In this document: positions 49,530 to 59,610 of the stretch, one piece after another | Position numbering within the stretch: the first letter of the stretch is position 1 | How the letters are laid out: each line of letters begins with the position of its first letter | Assembly: GCA_034669905.1 (NCBI GenBank) | Contig: JAXMOL010000018.1 | Location: 32,001-96,000 of the forward strand | Origin: Candidatus Hydrogenedentota bacterium | Lineage (GTDB): Bacteria; Hydrogenedentota; Hydrogenedentia; Hydrogenedentales; JAEUWI01 | Length of the DNA: 64,000 nucleotides | Direction of reading: 5' to 3' | The notes under the pieces: generated by a model | Seen by the model: only the letters and a program-made list of their open reading frames with translations | Databases searched by the model: none | Told to the model about the DNA's origin: nothing | Translations under genes and position numbers: made by a program

Positions 49530-52500
49530 ATGAAGCGGTTTCTCTATACAGCAATTGCGCTGCTCTGTGTGTTGGTCGCAGTGGGTGCTTTCTACCGATG
49601 GCAACAGGGGAAAATACGCCTCCTGGTGGAGGAAAGCCACGCTCCTCCGTCAACCAGCCTGGCATCCTCAAACACGGCCAATCCGATAGATACAGCGCGC
49701 GTACCGGTTGCGCCGCTGGAAGGGATCACCCGAGGGGAAGGGGTTATCTGGGGACGAATTGTCGCGGATGAGTCCCAGTCAGACCCCAAGACCCTGAAGG
49801 TCCAGTGTGTGCTTCATGGGCTCGGCGGACCTCAGTACTACCCCGAACAGGCACCCGATGAAAATGGCCGCTTTTCCTGCGAGCAACTCACTTGGGGGCG
49901 CTATACCGTACGGGCCGTCTCCGAAAAAGGCGTTGCATACGAAACGGTTCGCCTCTCATCGACACAACGGGTCCGGGAAGTGTCCCTTGCTCTAAGCCCG
50001 GGCCGGCCGTTTGCAGGCGTGGTGTTGGATGAAAACCGCGTTCCCATTGAAGGCGCCCGCGTGGAAGTCAGCCAGTGGCAGGCCACGGGCAACGGTGCCG
50101 ATAGCTATCCGGTGGAGGGCGCCGATTACCTCGTGGGAACTACCGACGGACAAGGCGGCTTTCGGATTGAGGGTGTCCCCGTGGGGCTTACAGAAGCCAG
50201 GCGACACTATCGGTTACTTGCCACGGCCGATGGCTACCCGGACACGCCCAGTGCATACCATGTGCCCGGAACGGAAGACATAGAGATTATGCTGGGGACC
50301 GGGGGACACGCCGAAGGGGTGGTCGTGTTGAATGAGACCAATGAGCCTGTTCCGGGCATTGCCATACAAACCCGGATTGCCGGGTCGGTGCTGGAGGTGA
50401 TTTCCGATGCGCAGGGGCGGTTTCAGTTTTCGCCGCTGGCCGCAGGCTCCTATGAGGCCCTCGTGCTCGATGCGGATTGGGTGGCCATGGAGCCCCGATA
50501 CCCCTTCGTCGTGGCGGAAGGCCAGTCCACGCAGGTGCCGCAGATTCGTATCACCGAGGGCGCTCGTATCGCAGGAAGCGTGACGGAACGGGGTTCTGGA
50601 AACGGGGTGGCCCGCGCCACTGTGCAACTCTCGGCAATGGACGGGACGCCCGGGGAATCGCGCGCTGCCCGTGAGGTCCAGAGTGGGGAGGATGGAAGTT
50701 ACACGATCACGGGATTGCGTGGCGGTACCTATCGCGTGCGCGTCTCCGGTCCGCCCGGATATTTTGTTCCAGCACCCTACAAAGAAAACGGGGAACAGTC
50801 GATCGCCCTGATGGTTGGCGTACGACAGGAACCGGTCAACTTCGTCCTTGGTCGGGGCATCGTGGTGACGGGGCAAGTGCACGACCCAGAGGGGCGGGGC
50901 ATCCCCGGCGCAGAAGTGACGGCCATTGCCGAAACGACCGAGACCACCACCCTGGCCGAAACGGATGGCGACGGTGCCTTTTCGTTGACCCTCCCGGGGA
51001 GGGATGAGCACATTGAGCTCTACGCGCAGAAGCCAGGCTTTATTGGCGATCCGGTCTATCTCGATGGCGATACCCTTGTCACGCCGCCTGAAATTGTGTT
51101 AGTGCTCTCGCCCGCCTCCGCTGTCGCCGGCACGGTGACTAACTCGCTGGGGACCGCTTGCGACGGAGCGACCGTCCTGCTGGCCGCTATTGAAGGGGAT
51201 GAATTTACCAATATCCGGACGGTGACAACGGATCGTGATGGCGCCTTCGAGTTCGACTATCTGAAACCGGGAGACTATCTGCTTCGAGCGGGTCACTACG
51301 ATAGCACGTCGAAGCCGGCACCGCGTGCGCCCGGAGAGTTGCAAGTCACATTGGCCGCCGGTGAGTCCCAACAAGGACTTCGCCTGCTCCTGGGTGACGA
51401 GGGTCAGTCCATTTCGGGGCGCGTAACCGACGGCGATGGCAGGCCCTTCCAGCATGCCGTTGTTTTCGTCTGGGGGCGACCGGGAATGCCTTCGCTGGCC
51501 TATGCCCACTCCGACGAAGACGGATTCTATCGGGTCTCTGGTCTTCCACCCGGTGAGTACATCATGGCGGCCCAGGCACCGAAGGTGAGTGCGGATCGAA
51601 AGACAGGCGTGGCTGCCGGGAGCACCGGCATCGATTTTGTCATGGTAGAGCCGGGAGTCATCGTCGGCCAGGTCGTGGATGCTTCGACTCGGGAACCCGT
51701 GACCTCCTTCTCCATTGCCGTCCGCCATGCCGATGAACCCAAAGTCGTCCAGCATCTCAAGTTCCGGCAGGTGCAGGAGCCCGAAGGGCGCTTCCGTATC
51801 GAAGGGGCAAGCGTGGGTGAAAACACGATTTTCCTTCGCGCGCCCGATCACATGGACGGGGAATTCACGGTGCCCCAGGTTATATCCGGGCAGACTACCG
51901 CCGAGCAAATCTTCACGTTGGAACCCGGACTCATAATTCAAGGGACCGTATCGTCCCCTGGTGGTGAGGGACTGGCAGGAGCACGTGTGCTGGCAGATCC
52001 TGGTACCTCGCCTTTTTATCGCATGTCTGATGCCCGGGCGGTGTCCGACCAGAACGGTAACTTCGTGATCCGTAAACTGGAGGATGCGACGTATACCGTC
52101 GTGGCTATTCATCCGGACTTCACCAGTGCGCAGGTTCAGGCCCATCCGGCTTCCGATAAGCCCGTGAATATTGTGCTGGGCAATGGGGGTGTCGTCGAGG
52201 GGGCTGTCACGGTGGGCGGTGAAGCAAGGGCCGGCGCATCGGTTTCACTGACCACGGGGGATCAGGTGAGTAAGTCGACCCGTACAGATGATCGGGGTGA
52301 GTTCCGATTGGCGGGTGCCCTCCCTGGCGCCGCGCTGGTACGCGTACAAGTAGGCGTTCATCCATCGCCTGAGTATAGAAAACAAGAACGGAACGTTGAC
52401 GTGCGCGAGGGGCAGACCACGGAAGTACACGTCGATTTTCCCAACGCCAGCGCCCAGTTGGAGGGTACCGTATACGGATTGGACGGCAACCCGGTGGCCG

Positions 52501-53051
52501 CCGATGTGGTCGTGAGAGTCTATACGGAAGACGGTATGGAGCGCATGGGGCAATCTTGCGGTGACGATGGCTTCTTCCTCTTCGATGGGGTGCCACCGGG
52601 AGAAGGGGAACTCACCGTGTCCTTTACGGGCCTGATTCAACGTCGGGTAACGGTAAGTATCCCCGAAGGGGCACAGGTGACCCGGGATATTTTTCTGGAT
52701 AGCGGCTATTCCATACGGTGCAATGTGCAGCCACCATCGGAGCCCTTTGATCAGATTCGGCTGATGGCAGTGCCGGGCGAGCACTTTCTATCTCGGGCAG
52801 ATTCTGATATCCTGAACGCCTTGCTTGCGGCAGCGATTTCTATGGGTGATTCGTATACGGGAGGCCCGGTGGTTCTTTCCGGCATGGTGCCGGGGGACTA
52901 CACGGTCATCGCATGGGTAAATACCACTGCGTATCGTGAGGCACAAGACCCCACGGAGCGCGCGCGCTTGAAGTTGGAGCGACCCATTCGCGTCGTACCG
53001 GTGGTGGTGAGTGGCGACAATGCAAATCCTGAAGTACAGATTGATTTTTGA
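49530..53051 (+). CDS. Membrane-anchored protein of tandem carboxypeptidase-regulatory-like (prealbumin-like beta-sandwich) repeats
   Basis: N-terminal TM; repeated I.G.V.D..G.P..GA.V...TD.DG.F....L.PG.Y units over ~1170 aa. Start MKRF at 49530. Confidence 0.8.
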   Translation: MKRFLYTAIALLCVLVAVGAFYRWQQGKIRLLVEESHAPPSTSLASSNTANPIDTARVPVAPLEGITRGEGVIWGRIVADESQSDPKTLKVQCVLHGLGGPQYYPEQAPDENGRFSCEQLTWGRYTVRAVSEKGVAYETVRLSSTQRVREVSLALSPGRPFAGVVLDENRVPIEGARVEVSQWQATGNGADSYPVEGADYLVGTTDGQGGFRIEGVPVGLTEARRHYRLLATADGYPDTPSAYHVPGTEDIEIMLGTGGHAEGVVVLNETNEPVPGIAIQTRIAGSVLEVISDAQGRFQFSPLAAGSYEALVLDADWVAMEPRYPFVVAEGQSTQVPQIRITEGARIAGSVTERGSGNGVARATVQLSAMDGTPGESRAAREVQSGEDGSYTITGLRGGTYRVRVSGPPGYFVPAPYKENGEQSIALMVGVRQEPVNFVLGRGIVVTGQVHDPEGRGIPGAEVTAIAETTETTTLAETDGDGAFSLTLPGRDEHIELYAQKPGFIGDPVYLDGDTLVTPPEIVLVLSPASAVAGTVTNSLGTACDGATVLLAAIEGDEFTNIRTVTTDRDGAFEFDYLKPGDYLLRAGHYDSTSKPAPRAPGELQVTLAAGESQQGLRLLLGDEGQSISGRVTDGDGRPFQHAVVFVWGRPGMPSLAYAHSDEDGFYRVSGLPPGEYIMAAQAPKVSADRKTGVAAGSTGIDFVMVEPGVIVGQVVDASTREPVTSFSIAVRHADEPKVVQHLKFRQVQEPEGRFRIEGASVGENTIFLRAPDHMDGEFTVPQVISGQTTAEQIFTLEPGLIIQGTVSSPGGEGLAGARVLADPGTSPFYRMSDARAVSDQNGNFVIRKLEDATYTVVAIHPDFTSAQVQAHPASDKPVNIVLGNGGVVEGAVTVGGEARAGASVSLTTGDQVSKSTRTDDRGEFRLAGALPGAALVRVQVGVHPSPEYRKQERNVDVREGQTTEVHVDFPNASAQLEGTVYGLDGNPVAADVVVRVYTEDGMERMGQSCGDDGFFLFDGVPPGEGELTVSFTGLIQRRVTVSIPEGAQVTRDIFLDSGYSIRCNVQPPSEPFDQIRLMAVPGEHFLSRADSDILNALLAAAISMGDSYTGGPVVLSGMVPGDYTVIAWVNTTAYREAQDPTERARLKLERPIRVVPVVVSGDNANPEVQIDF

Positions 53052-53060
53052 GGGCACAAC

Positions 53061-54173
53061 ATGCGGGCGTTGGAAAATAGAAAAATCGTGGGAATGCCAT
53101 ACGGTCTGCCGGGTCTTTGCGGGCGTAGTGGCGGTGCCGGGCCAGGGCGCCTCGGGCACTGGTTCCTACTCATTTTCCTCGGGTGCATGCCGGGCTTCCC
53201 CGCGGCTTCTGCTCCAGATGATTCCCTCGTTTTGTACGAGATTATTACCGCAGAGCACGAAAAGGCGCTTAAGCGATTGGAGACCCTGCGCTTCGAATAT
53301 ACCCGGACGATGGAAGAATTTCGCAGGGTAGATGACCAGGCCCTTCGGGTGCTTACGACGGTGACGGGGGCGGAGGAGAGCCGGGAAGGGCAACTGTTTT
53401 GCGATGTGGCCTTCGCGCACAAATTTCCAGACGGCAACCCGAGGGGATTTGAAGAGGCGTGGGCCAAACGCCTGGTGGTGAACAAGCAGCAGGTGGCGAG
53501 TTGGAATGTTGGCAGCCACCGGGCGGACAGTTGGGAAGTTCCGGTTGCCAGCGAGGCCGCGCGCATCGTGGATCGGCAATTCTTGACGCTGCGTTGCCCC
53601 TTGTTAATAAAAGCCTACGGCGATGACAACATGACGCTGTCGGAGTTCAAGAACTATCTCAAACGTCACAACAACTGGCGTGTCACGGTAGAGACGCGGG
53701 AGGACGGTGATGACACCCTCTACGTGGTTACCCAGTATGCGGATGCTGCGAAAGAGAAGCCCTACAAACAATTGACCCTTTCCGGCCACCAGGGATTCAT
53801 GGTGCGCGAGATTACCCATTTTACGGAGGGGGGCGCGGTTTACCAGAAGACCCAGGTGACGCCCAAAGAGATTGCGCCGGGTGTCTGGTTTCCCATGCAC
53901 TATGAAACGGTTGGTTATGCGACGGAAGGCGAAGGCGGTGAATCCGATCCGGTGAAGGTAGACTATCGCTCGGGCTGTGAGGTGCACACGGTTACGTTGG
54001 CTCCCGAAGCCCCAGCGCATGGCTTTGGGCTCGAGGCACTGGGGGTGGCCGACGGGCAGGGATTTAACCTGCACCAGAGTTCCGGAAAGAACGAGGCCCA
54101 GGTGTTTTTTCAGGGGGAGTTGTTGCCGCCAGACGTATACCGCGAGTTTGTCGCATTGCAGTCCGAACCCTGA
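53061..54173 (+). CDS. Hypothetical exported protein (LolA-like fold suspected)
   Basis: 9 nt after the previous stop; hydrophobic leader ...FLLIFLGCMPGFPAASA; C-terminal YQKTQVTPKEIAPGVWFPMHYE pattern. Start uncertain. Confidence 0.55.
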   Translation: MRALENRKIVGMPYGLPGLCGRSGGAGPGRLGHWFLLIFLGCMPGFPAASAPDDSLVLYEIITAEHEKALKRLETLRFEYTRTMEEFRRVDDQALRVLTTVTGAEESREGQLFCDVAFAHKFPDGNPRGFEEAWAKRLVVNKQQVASWNVGSHRADSWEVPVASEAARIVDRQFLTLRCPLLIKAYGDDNMTLSEFKNYLKRHNNWRVTVETREDGDDTLYVVTQYADAAKEKPYKQLTLSGHQGFMVREITHFTEGGAVYQKTQVTPKEIAPGVWFPMHYETVGYATEGEGGESDPVKVDYRSGCEVHTVTLAPEAPAHGFGLEALGVADGQGFNLHQSSGKNEAQVFFQGELLPPDVYREFVALQSEP

Positions 54174-54224
54174 ATGGACCGGATGAAAGATTCCACCATT
54201 CCGTAACCAGAAGGATATCAGTCG

Positions 54225-54698
54225 ATGATTCGAAATTACGCATACCTGAGTGGCGCTTCCCTCTTGGTGATAGCCGTGGCCCTGACCCCCTTGCTACTGT
54301 TGGCGCCGCCCGTATTGGCAAGTGGTACGCCCTGCTACAGCCCCGGGTCACGGGAGCCGGAAGAGGAGCTCGTGACCTGTGCTTCCCAGTGTGACTATGG
54401 CACCTACTGCCGCTACAACTATGAAACCTTGACCTATACCTACACCATCTGCAGCGTGGGGGGAACGGGCTCGGAGCAACAGTGCGAAGAGGTGGAAGTG
54501 GTCGTTGAGGAACGGACCCGCTGCATTAAAGATGCCACGAAAGAGTGTGACTCGCCACCGTGGCCTCCGGGATGTGTGTCGGGTGGATGTGTCGAAAACA
54601 GCAATGAATACCAATGCAAGGTCGATCCGAATCGCACCACGCTCATCGTCAAGGAAGACAAACTCCTCCCTTATGAGACCTTCCAGAGTTGTGACTGA
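54225..54698 (+). CDS. Small secreted cysteine-rich protein (12 Cys)
   Basis: Signal peptide ending PVLA; 12 Cys in ~125 mature residues; lies within the operon. Confidence 0.7.
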   Translation: MIRNYAYLSGASLLVIAVALTPLLLLAPPVLASGTPCYSPGSREPEEELVTCASQCDYGTYCRYNYETLTYTYTICSVGGTGSEQQCEEVEVVVEERTRCIKDATKECDSPPWPPGCVSGGCVENSNEYQCKVDPNRTTLIVKEDKLLPYETFQSCD

Positions 54699-54732
54699 CG
54701 GGTATCGCGAATACGTTGCCGGTGGGGGGCGC

Positions 54733-55773
54733 ATGGTTGCTCCCCGGTGCCCGCAGGGCGGGGGAGACGTTGCCCGGTGGCGCCCTTCGTGGCGGGTGCT
54801 GACAGTCGTCGTGGCCCTGGCAAACCTTGCGGTCCTCGTCAGTGCTCCCCACGCATTCGCCGATCACCCTCCGGTCCTTCTCGCCCCAGATGCCCAGGTG
54901 GTCACGGTGGAGTTGGGCGAGATGCGCCGGGGTGGCCACATGGAACTCCAGATTCCAGTGCAAAACCCACTTGGGTTCCCAGCCACAATTCACAACGTCC
55001 ACTCATCCTGTTCGTGTACCGTCGCAAAGAATGTCGCGGGGGACACCCTCGCTCCGGGTGAAGCCCTTTCGCTGCCTCTTAGCCTCAACCTCGCGAACAA
55101 GTCCGGCAAGTTTCACCAATCGGTGCACCTGGGCCTTGCCCCGCCCGTTGGGGATGTCACGATTAAGCTGCGCGGCGTGGTGGTGGAAGAGTACCCCGCG
55201 GAGATACACGTCGAGAACTTGCGCGCCGGTGAATCGACACGCGAGCGTTTCCTGTTGCGGACGTGGCCGGGACAGCCCCCCCTGCGCGTAGAGAAAGCCG
55301 TGTCCGATGTGCCGGGCATCGACTTGGCCATTGAGGAAGTCGATGCGAATACGGTAGCGGTGGAACTGGTCATCACGGCTGGAGCGCGGGGTGAACAGCT
55401 CGAGGGACAAGTTTCGCTGCACACCAATGATTCGGAAGTGCCCCTGAAGGCCCTGCGGGTCCATGCTTCGGTCTTGGATTCCCTGGAGCCGTCGGTGGAA
55501 AAGCTGGTCTTTGGCGCCGTCAAGCCCGGTGCGGCACAGACCCTGACCATGACGGTATCCACGCCGTACACGACCGACACCCCGGTTTTCCGTCTGGAGC
55601 AGAAAAATGATGACCGTTTCGCCATCACCCTCACGCCGTCGCCGGGTAAGTGCGTGCTCGAGGCGACCGTCCGCGCGAAGGATTCAGATCGTGGCATTCT
55701 GCGCGACACGATCGTGCTGATTAGCGCCGACGGAACTTCGCTGGTGATTCCGGCCTTCGCCCTGGTGCAATAA
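54733..55773 (+). CDS. DUF1573 domain protein (tandem Ig-like domains)
   Basis: Signal/TM; IHNVHSSCSCTV (DUF1573 SCxCT motif), TLAPGE, LHTND. Confidence 0.75.
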   Translation: MVAPRCPQGGGDVARWRPSWRVLTVVVALANLAVLVSAPHAFADHPPVLLAPDAQVVTVELGEMRRGGHMELQIPVQNPLGFPATIHNVHSSCSCTVAKNVAGDTLAPGEALSLPLSLNLANKSGKFHQSVHLGLAPPVGDVTIKLRGVVVEEYPAEIHVENLRAGESTRERFLLRTWPGQPPLRVEKAVSDVPGIDLAIEEVDANTVAVELVITAGARGEQLEGQVSLHTNDSEVPLKALRVHASVLDSLEPSVEKLVFGAVKPGAAQTLTMTVSTPYTTDTPVFRLEQKNDDRFAITLTPSPGKCVLEATVRAKDSDRGILRDTIVLISADGTSLVIPAFALVQ

Positions 55774-55788
55774 GGTGGACGTCCCGAT

Positions 55789-56928
55789 TCAGGCGTTATT
55801 CGCCTGAATCGCCTTTACCCCGGCAATGAGGGTGTCCATGTGCGATTCTGACAGAAGCAACATCGTCTGGGGTATCCACAACCCTTCCTCCCGACACAGT
55901 GCTTCGGTTGCAGGACAACTGCAAGCCCCGTAGTCGTGGCGCTCAAGAAATTTCTGGAAAACGGGTTGCTCGTAGAGGGGAATGGGATAGCCCGCACCAA
56001 TGGGAAGGCCGGCCGCCTCTGCCTTTTTCAGGAATGCGTCCCGCGACATACCAAAGGCCTGGGCATCAAAACGGATGCAATATAAATGGTAGGAACGGCG
56101 GGTCATTTCTGACGGCGTCGGCTGGGGGGTGATTCCTGGGATGGCTCCCAGGCCCGCATCAAGTTGGGCAGCCCGGGCCTCCCGGGTGGCCAGTTGCTCG
56201 GGGTACCGTTCCAATTGCGCGAGCAGGAGGGCCGCGCCAAACTCCGTGAGACGGGCGTTCGTACCCAGATTAATGTGGTGATACCAGGCCGCCCCCTCTT
56301 CCCGGCCACAATTCACAATGCTGCGGCACCGGGCCGCCAACGCCGCATCGTTGGACACAATAATGCCGCCTTCACCTGCCGTGAGATTCTTCGACTCCTG
56401 GAAACTGAAAACGCCACAACAGCCGATGGTCCCCGCACCACGCTCCTGCGAGGCGCTGCCCCAGGCATGACAGGCGTCTTCGATGAGATGTAGGCCGTGT
56501 GTATCCGCCAGGGCCTTGAAGGCGTCGATGTGGGCCATTGAACCCCCAAAATGGACGGGCATGATGGCCTTGCATTGGGGGGTAATCGCGGCTTCCACGG
56601 CCACCGGATTCATACACCAGCTTTCGTCCACGTCGGCGAATACCGGTGTGGCACCCACCCGAAGGACCGCCGTGGCCGTGGCGATAAAGGTGTAGGGGGG
56701 CACGATGACCTCATCGCCCGGTCCGATTTCCAGGGCCTCAAGCACCACTTCCAGGGCGGTGGTGCCGCTGGTGCAGGCGACGCCGTGTTCGGCTCCCTGA
56801 AACGCGGCATAGGCGGCTTCAAAGGCACGCACTTCATCGCCATTAAACCATTGTCGGCGCTCTAATACACGGGTCAAGGCGGCTCGTTCATGGTCGTCGT
56901 ATACCGGCCAGGATGCTTCAAATGACAT
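55789..56928 (-). CDS. DegT/DnrJ/EryC1/StrS PLP aminotransferase
   Basis: SGTTALE, IGPGDEVIVPPYTFIAT, LIEDACHAWG, FSFQESKNLTAGEGG. Confidence 0.92.
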   Translation of the reverse strand: MSFEASWPVYDDHERAALTRVLERRQWFNGDEVRAFEAAYAAFQGAEHGVACTSGTTALEVVLEALEIGPGDEVIVPPYTFIATATAVLRVGATPVFADVDESWCMNPVAVEAAITPQCKAIMPVHFGGSMAHIDAFKALADTHGLHLIEDACHAWGSASQERGAGTIGCCGVFSFQESKNLTAGEGGIIVSNDAALAARCRSIVNCGREEGAAWYHHINLGTNARLTEFGAALLLAQLERYPEQLATREARAAQLDAGLGAIPGITPQPTPSEMTRRSYHLYCIRFDAQAFGMSRDAFLKKAEAAGLPIGAGYPIPLYEQPVFQKFLERHDYGACSCPATEALCREEGLWIPQTMLLLSESHMDTLIAGVKAIQANNA

Positions 56929-57154
56929 GGAGGGAGAGTTCCTGTTAGAAAATGGGTGTGAATAGTGATAATTATATACTTCGGGTGAACAAGTCTAGGC
57001 AGATTGCCCCCGCTGTGCTAGACTAAATCATTGGTTGACACCAGTGCAAGCGGATCCGGGTTCCGAGGGTGTCGTGGTAAATGGGTTCTAACGGGAGGAC
57101 GTGTAGAAGGATTGGCTCAAGGAATCAGGTGACGAATCGAAGGAGGTAGTGTGT

Positions 57155-57649
57155 ATGCAGACGATTGGAGATGTCATTAAACCGCGGGATATCTATTGGG
57201 TCAGTGCCGATGACTCGATAAGACAGACCGTTCGCTACATTTGCGAGCGGAAGACCGGGGCGGTGGCCGTTAAAGAAGGTGAAGACGTCGTGGGGGTCTT
57301 TTCGGAACGAGACCTTATGCACCGCGTCGTTAACGCCGGAATCGACATGGATAGCACGACGGTGAAGGAGGTAATGACTTCGGACCCCTATTCCGTTTCG
57401 ATGGAAGACGAAATCCGCTACGCAAAGGCGGTCATGTTCAAATTTAACGTGCGCCATCTGGTGGTGGTGGGTAAGGGAGACGTGTTCAAGGGCCTGGTGT
57501 CCATGCGTGACCTTATAGAAATTGATATGGCCGAATCTTCCGAGATGATAGAAAAACTCAACGATGGGTACTACGAGTCGGCCTATCGGAGCCGTTGGCG
57601 TATGTCATCAAATCGCGTCATTGAAGAGCGCTATCAGCCACAGCAATAA
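57155..57649 (+). CDS. CBS-domain pair protein
   Basis: VGVFSERDL, VKEVMTSDP, VRHLVVV, GLVSMRDL; SD AGGAGG upstream. Confidence 0.88.
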   Translation: MQTIGDVIKPRDIYWVSADDSIRQTVRYICERKTGAVAVKEGEDVVGVFSERDLMHRVVNAGIDMDSTTVKEVMTSDPYSVSMEDEIRYAKAVMFKFNVRHLVVVGKGDVFKGLVSMRDLIEIDMAESSEMIEKLNDGYYESAYRSRWRMSSNRVIEERYQPQQ

Positions 57650-57669
57650 TCGCGCACCCCATAACATTT

Positions 57670-57706
57670 CCCCCTGACCGGCAGCTGTTTGGTCAGGGGG
57701 TTTCTC
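57670..57706 (+). terminator. Intrinsic terminator after the CBS gene
   Basis: CCCCCTGACC...GGTCAGGGGG followed by TTTCT. Confidence 0.65.
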
Positions 57707-57942
57707 TATGTTCTTGGAGGCGCAGGCGATTTTTGTGCGTTGTGGTTGCATACGCCCGTGCCAACGGGCGATACTATGTGGCCTATTACGACTTTTCTGC
57801 CCCCGGAGACCACCGCGCAACACGTCGCGTCGGGACAGGAAGGTCAGCCCAGCGCCCGAGGTATGCATGCCGTCGAGAGGGTGTAGCTGATGCGAACACA
57901 GGAATTAACCCTACCCCAGTGGGGTAATCGGGAGAATCATAG

Positions 57943-58875
57943 ATGGCCCAGATGCAGCCCGGCGATTTCGCCTATTTTGAAGGGAAATTTGTGCCCACGG
58001 AGGAGGCACGTCTGAGTGTCATGACCCATGCCTTCAACTACGGAACTGCGCTGTTTGAAGGTATTCGCGGTTACTACAACGCCGAGGAAGACAATGTCTT
58101 TATCTTCCGGCTCCCGGAACATATTGACCGTTTCGTGCGCAATTTCAGTATTCTCTGTATGGAGATTCCGGAAGACCGGGACCGGATTGAAGAGATCTGT
58201 CTCGAAGTCGCCCGAAAGAGCGCCCTGCGTGAAGACATCTATCTCCGTCCCATCTGCTACAAAGACCAACTCAGTTTGGGGCCAGCGGTGTACGGCGTTT
58301 CCAGCTCCATGTGCTGTTACCTCATCAAACTCGGAGACTACGTCGATACCACCGAAGGCCTCGATGTGGCCATTTCTTCCTGGCGCCGCCTCTCCGACAA
58401 CGCGATTCCGACCCGGGCCAAGACGACCGGTAGCTATATCAATTCCTCGCTGGCGGCCACCGAGGCCAAGCGCTCGGGCTTTCATGAGGCCATTTTCCTG
58501 CGGGAAGACGGTACGGTAGCCGAAGGCAGTGCCATGAATCTCTTCGTTATTCAAGGTAACCAGTTGATCACGCCGCCACCCAATGCGGATATTCTCGTCG
58601 GTATCACCCGCAATACCATCATGCAGCTTGCGGAAGAGCAATTCGGCATGAAGATCGTCGAACGGCCCATCGCGCGGACCGAGTTGTATATCAGTGATGA
58701 AGCGTTCTTTTGCGGGACAGGCGCGCAGGTAGCCCCCATTCGTTCCGTCGACCGCCGCCTCATCGGTGACGGAAAGCCCGGTGAAAAGACAAAGCAACTC
58801 CAGGATTACTACTTTGACGTCGTGCAAGGCAAAGTGCCGGAGTATCGCCACTGGTGCGCACCGGTCTTCAGCTAA
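57943..58875 (+). CDS. ilvE: Branched-chain amino acid aminotransferase
   Basis: HAFNYGTALFEGIR, AKTTGSYINS, AEGSAMNLF, ILVGITR, EAFFCGTGAQVAPI. Confidence 0.9.
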   Translation: MAQMQPGDFAYFEGKFVPTEEARLSVMTHAFNYGTALFEGIRGYYNAEEDNVFIFRLPEHIDRFVRNFSILCMEIPEDRDRIEEICLEVARKSALREDIYLRPICYKDQLSLGPAVYGVSSSMCCYLIKLGDYVDTTEGLDVAISSWRRLSDNAIPTRAKTTGSYINSSLAATEAKRSGFHEAIFLREDGTVAEGSAMNLFVIQGNQLITPPPNADILVGITRNTIMQLAEEQFGMKIVERPIARTELYISDEAFFCGTGAQVAPIRSVDRRLIGDGKPGEKTKQLQDYYFDVVQGKVPEYRHWCAPVFS

Positions 58876-58896
58876 TCCCCAATTTTGAATGCCTTG

Positions 58897-58930
58897 GAGA
58901 GCGCCCGGCGTGTTTCGGGCGCTCTTTTCT
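58897..58930 (+). terminator. Intrinsic terminator between the convergent ilvE and aldolase genes
   Basis: AGAGCGCCCGG-CGTGT-TTCGGGCGCTCT followed by TTTCT. Confidence 0.75.
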
Positions 58931-59610
58931 TATGCTTTTCCGTACAGGTCGGCGGTGTAAATGGGACCCATCGCACCATAGGCCCGCCGCGCCGCCAGCG
59001 TCCGGTCCACCTCATCGGCGTTGAGTGGCTGCAGATCGCCCAGCAGGTGGGCTGCGAAGAGGGTCTGCGCTGCGTGTTCCAGCTTCTCCAGTTTGAAGTA
59101 GGCTTCTTCGACCGTCTTGCCCACCGTAACCGATCCATGGCGATCCAGCATGGCGGCGTCGCAGGTGCGGATCAGGGGACGGATGACATCATTGCCCTCC
59201 GGTGTCCCGGGCGTTGCGTAGGCACTCGTCGGAATACCACCAAAGGCCGCCACGACCTCGGGGAGTACCGCCTCGCTGAGGGAGCGCCCAGCCAGGGTAA
59301 AGGCAATGGCATGGGGCGGGTGGGCATGGACGACGGCTTCCACATCCGGTCGCTCGTCATAGCAGGCAAGGTGGGTGGGCAGTTCCGACGTTACCTTGCC
59401 GGTCCCGGCCACTTTCTCACCCGATGCATCGGCGAGAATGAGGTCCCCGGGCGCCATGAAGCCTTTGGATACGTTGCTCGGAGTACAGAGGAATGTGCCA
59501 TCTTCCAACCTTACGCTGATGTTTCCGTCCGACGCGGCGACAAGATTCCGGGCGTACATACGGCGACCGACCTCGCAGATCTTTTCACGCAGGGCTGTGC
59601 TGTCCTTCAT
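58930..59610 (-). CDS. Class II aldolase/adducin family (L-fuculose-1-phosphate aldolase-like)
   Basis: SDGNISVR, TPS, SELPTH, AVVHAHPP, LDRHGSVTVG. Start MKDS at 59610, overlapping the upstream stop (ATGA). Confidence 0.88.
   Translation of the reverse strand: MKDSTALREKICEVGRRMYARNLVAASDGNISVRLEDGTFLCTPSNVSKGFMAPGDLILADASGEKVAGTGKVTSELPTHLACYDERPDVEAVVHAHPPHAIAFTLAGRSLSEAVLPEVVAAFGGIPTSAYATPGTPEGNDVIRPLIRTCDAAMLDRHGSVTVGKTVEEAYFKLEKLEHAAQTLFAAHLLGDLQPLNADEVDRTLAARRAYGAMGPIYTADLYGKA

Noticed and set aside
57025..57110. Possible structured leader before the CBS gene (CATTGGT/ACCAGTG hairpin; GACACC/GGTGTC pairing)
   Set aside because: Helices are short, there is no expression platform and no match to a riboswitch I recognise.
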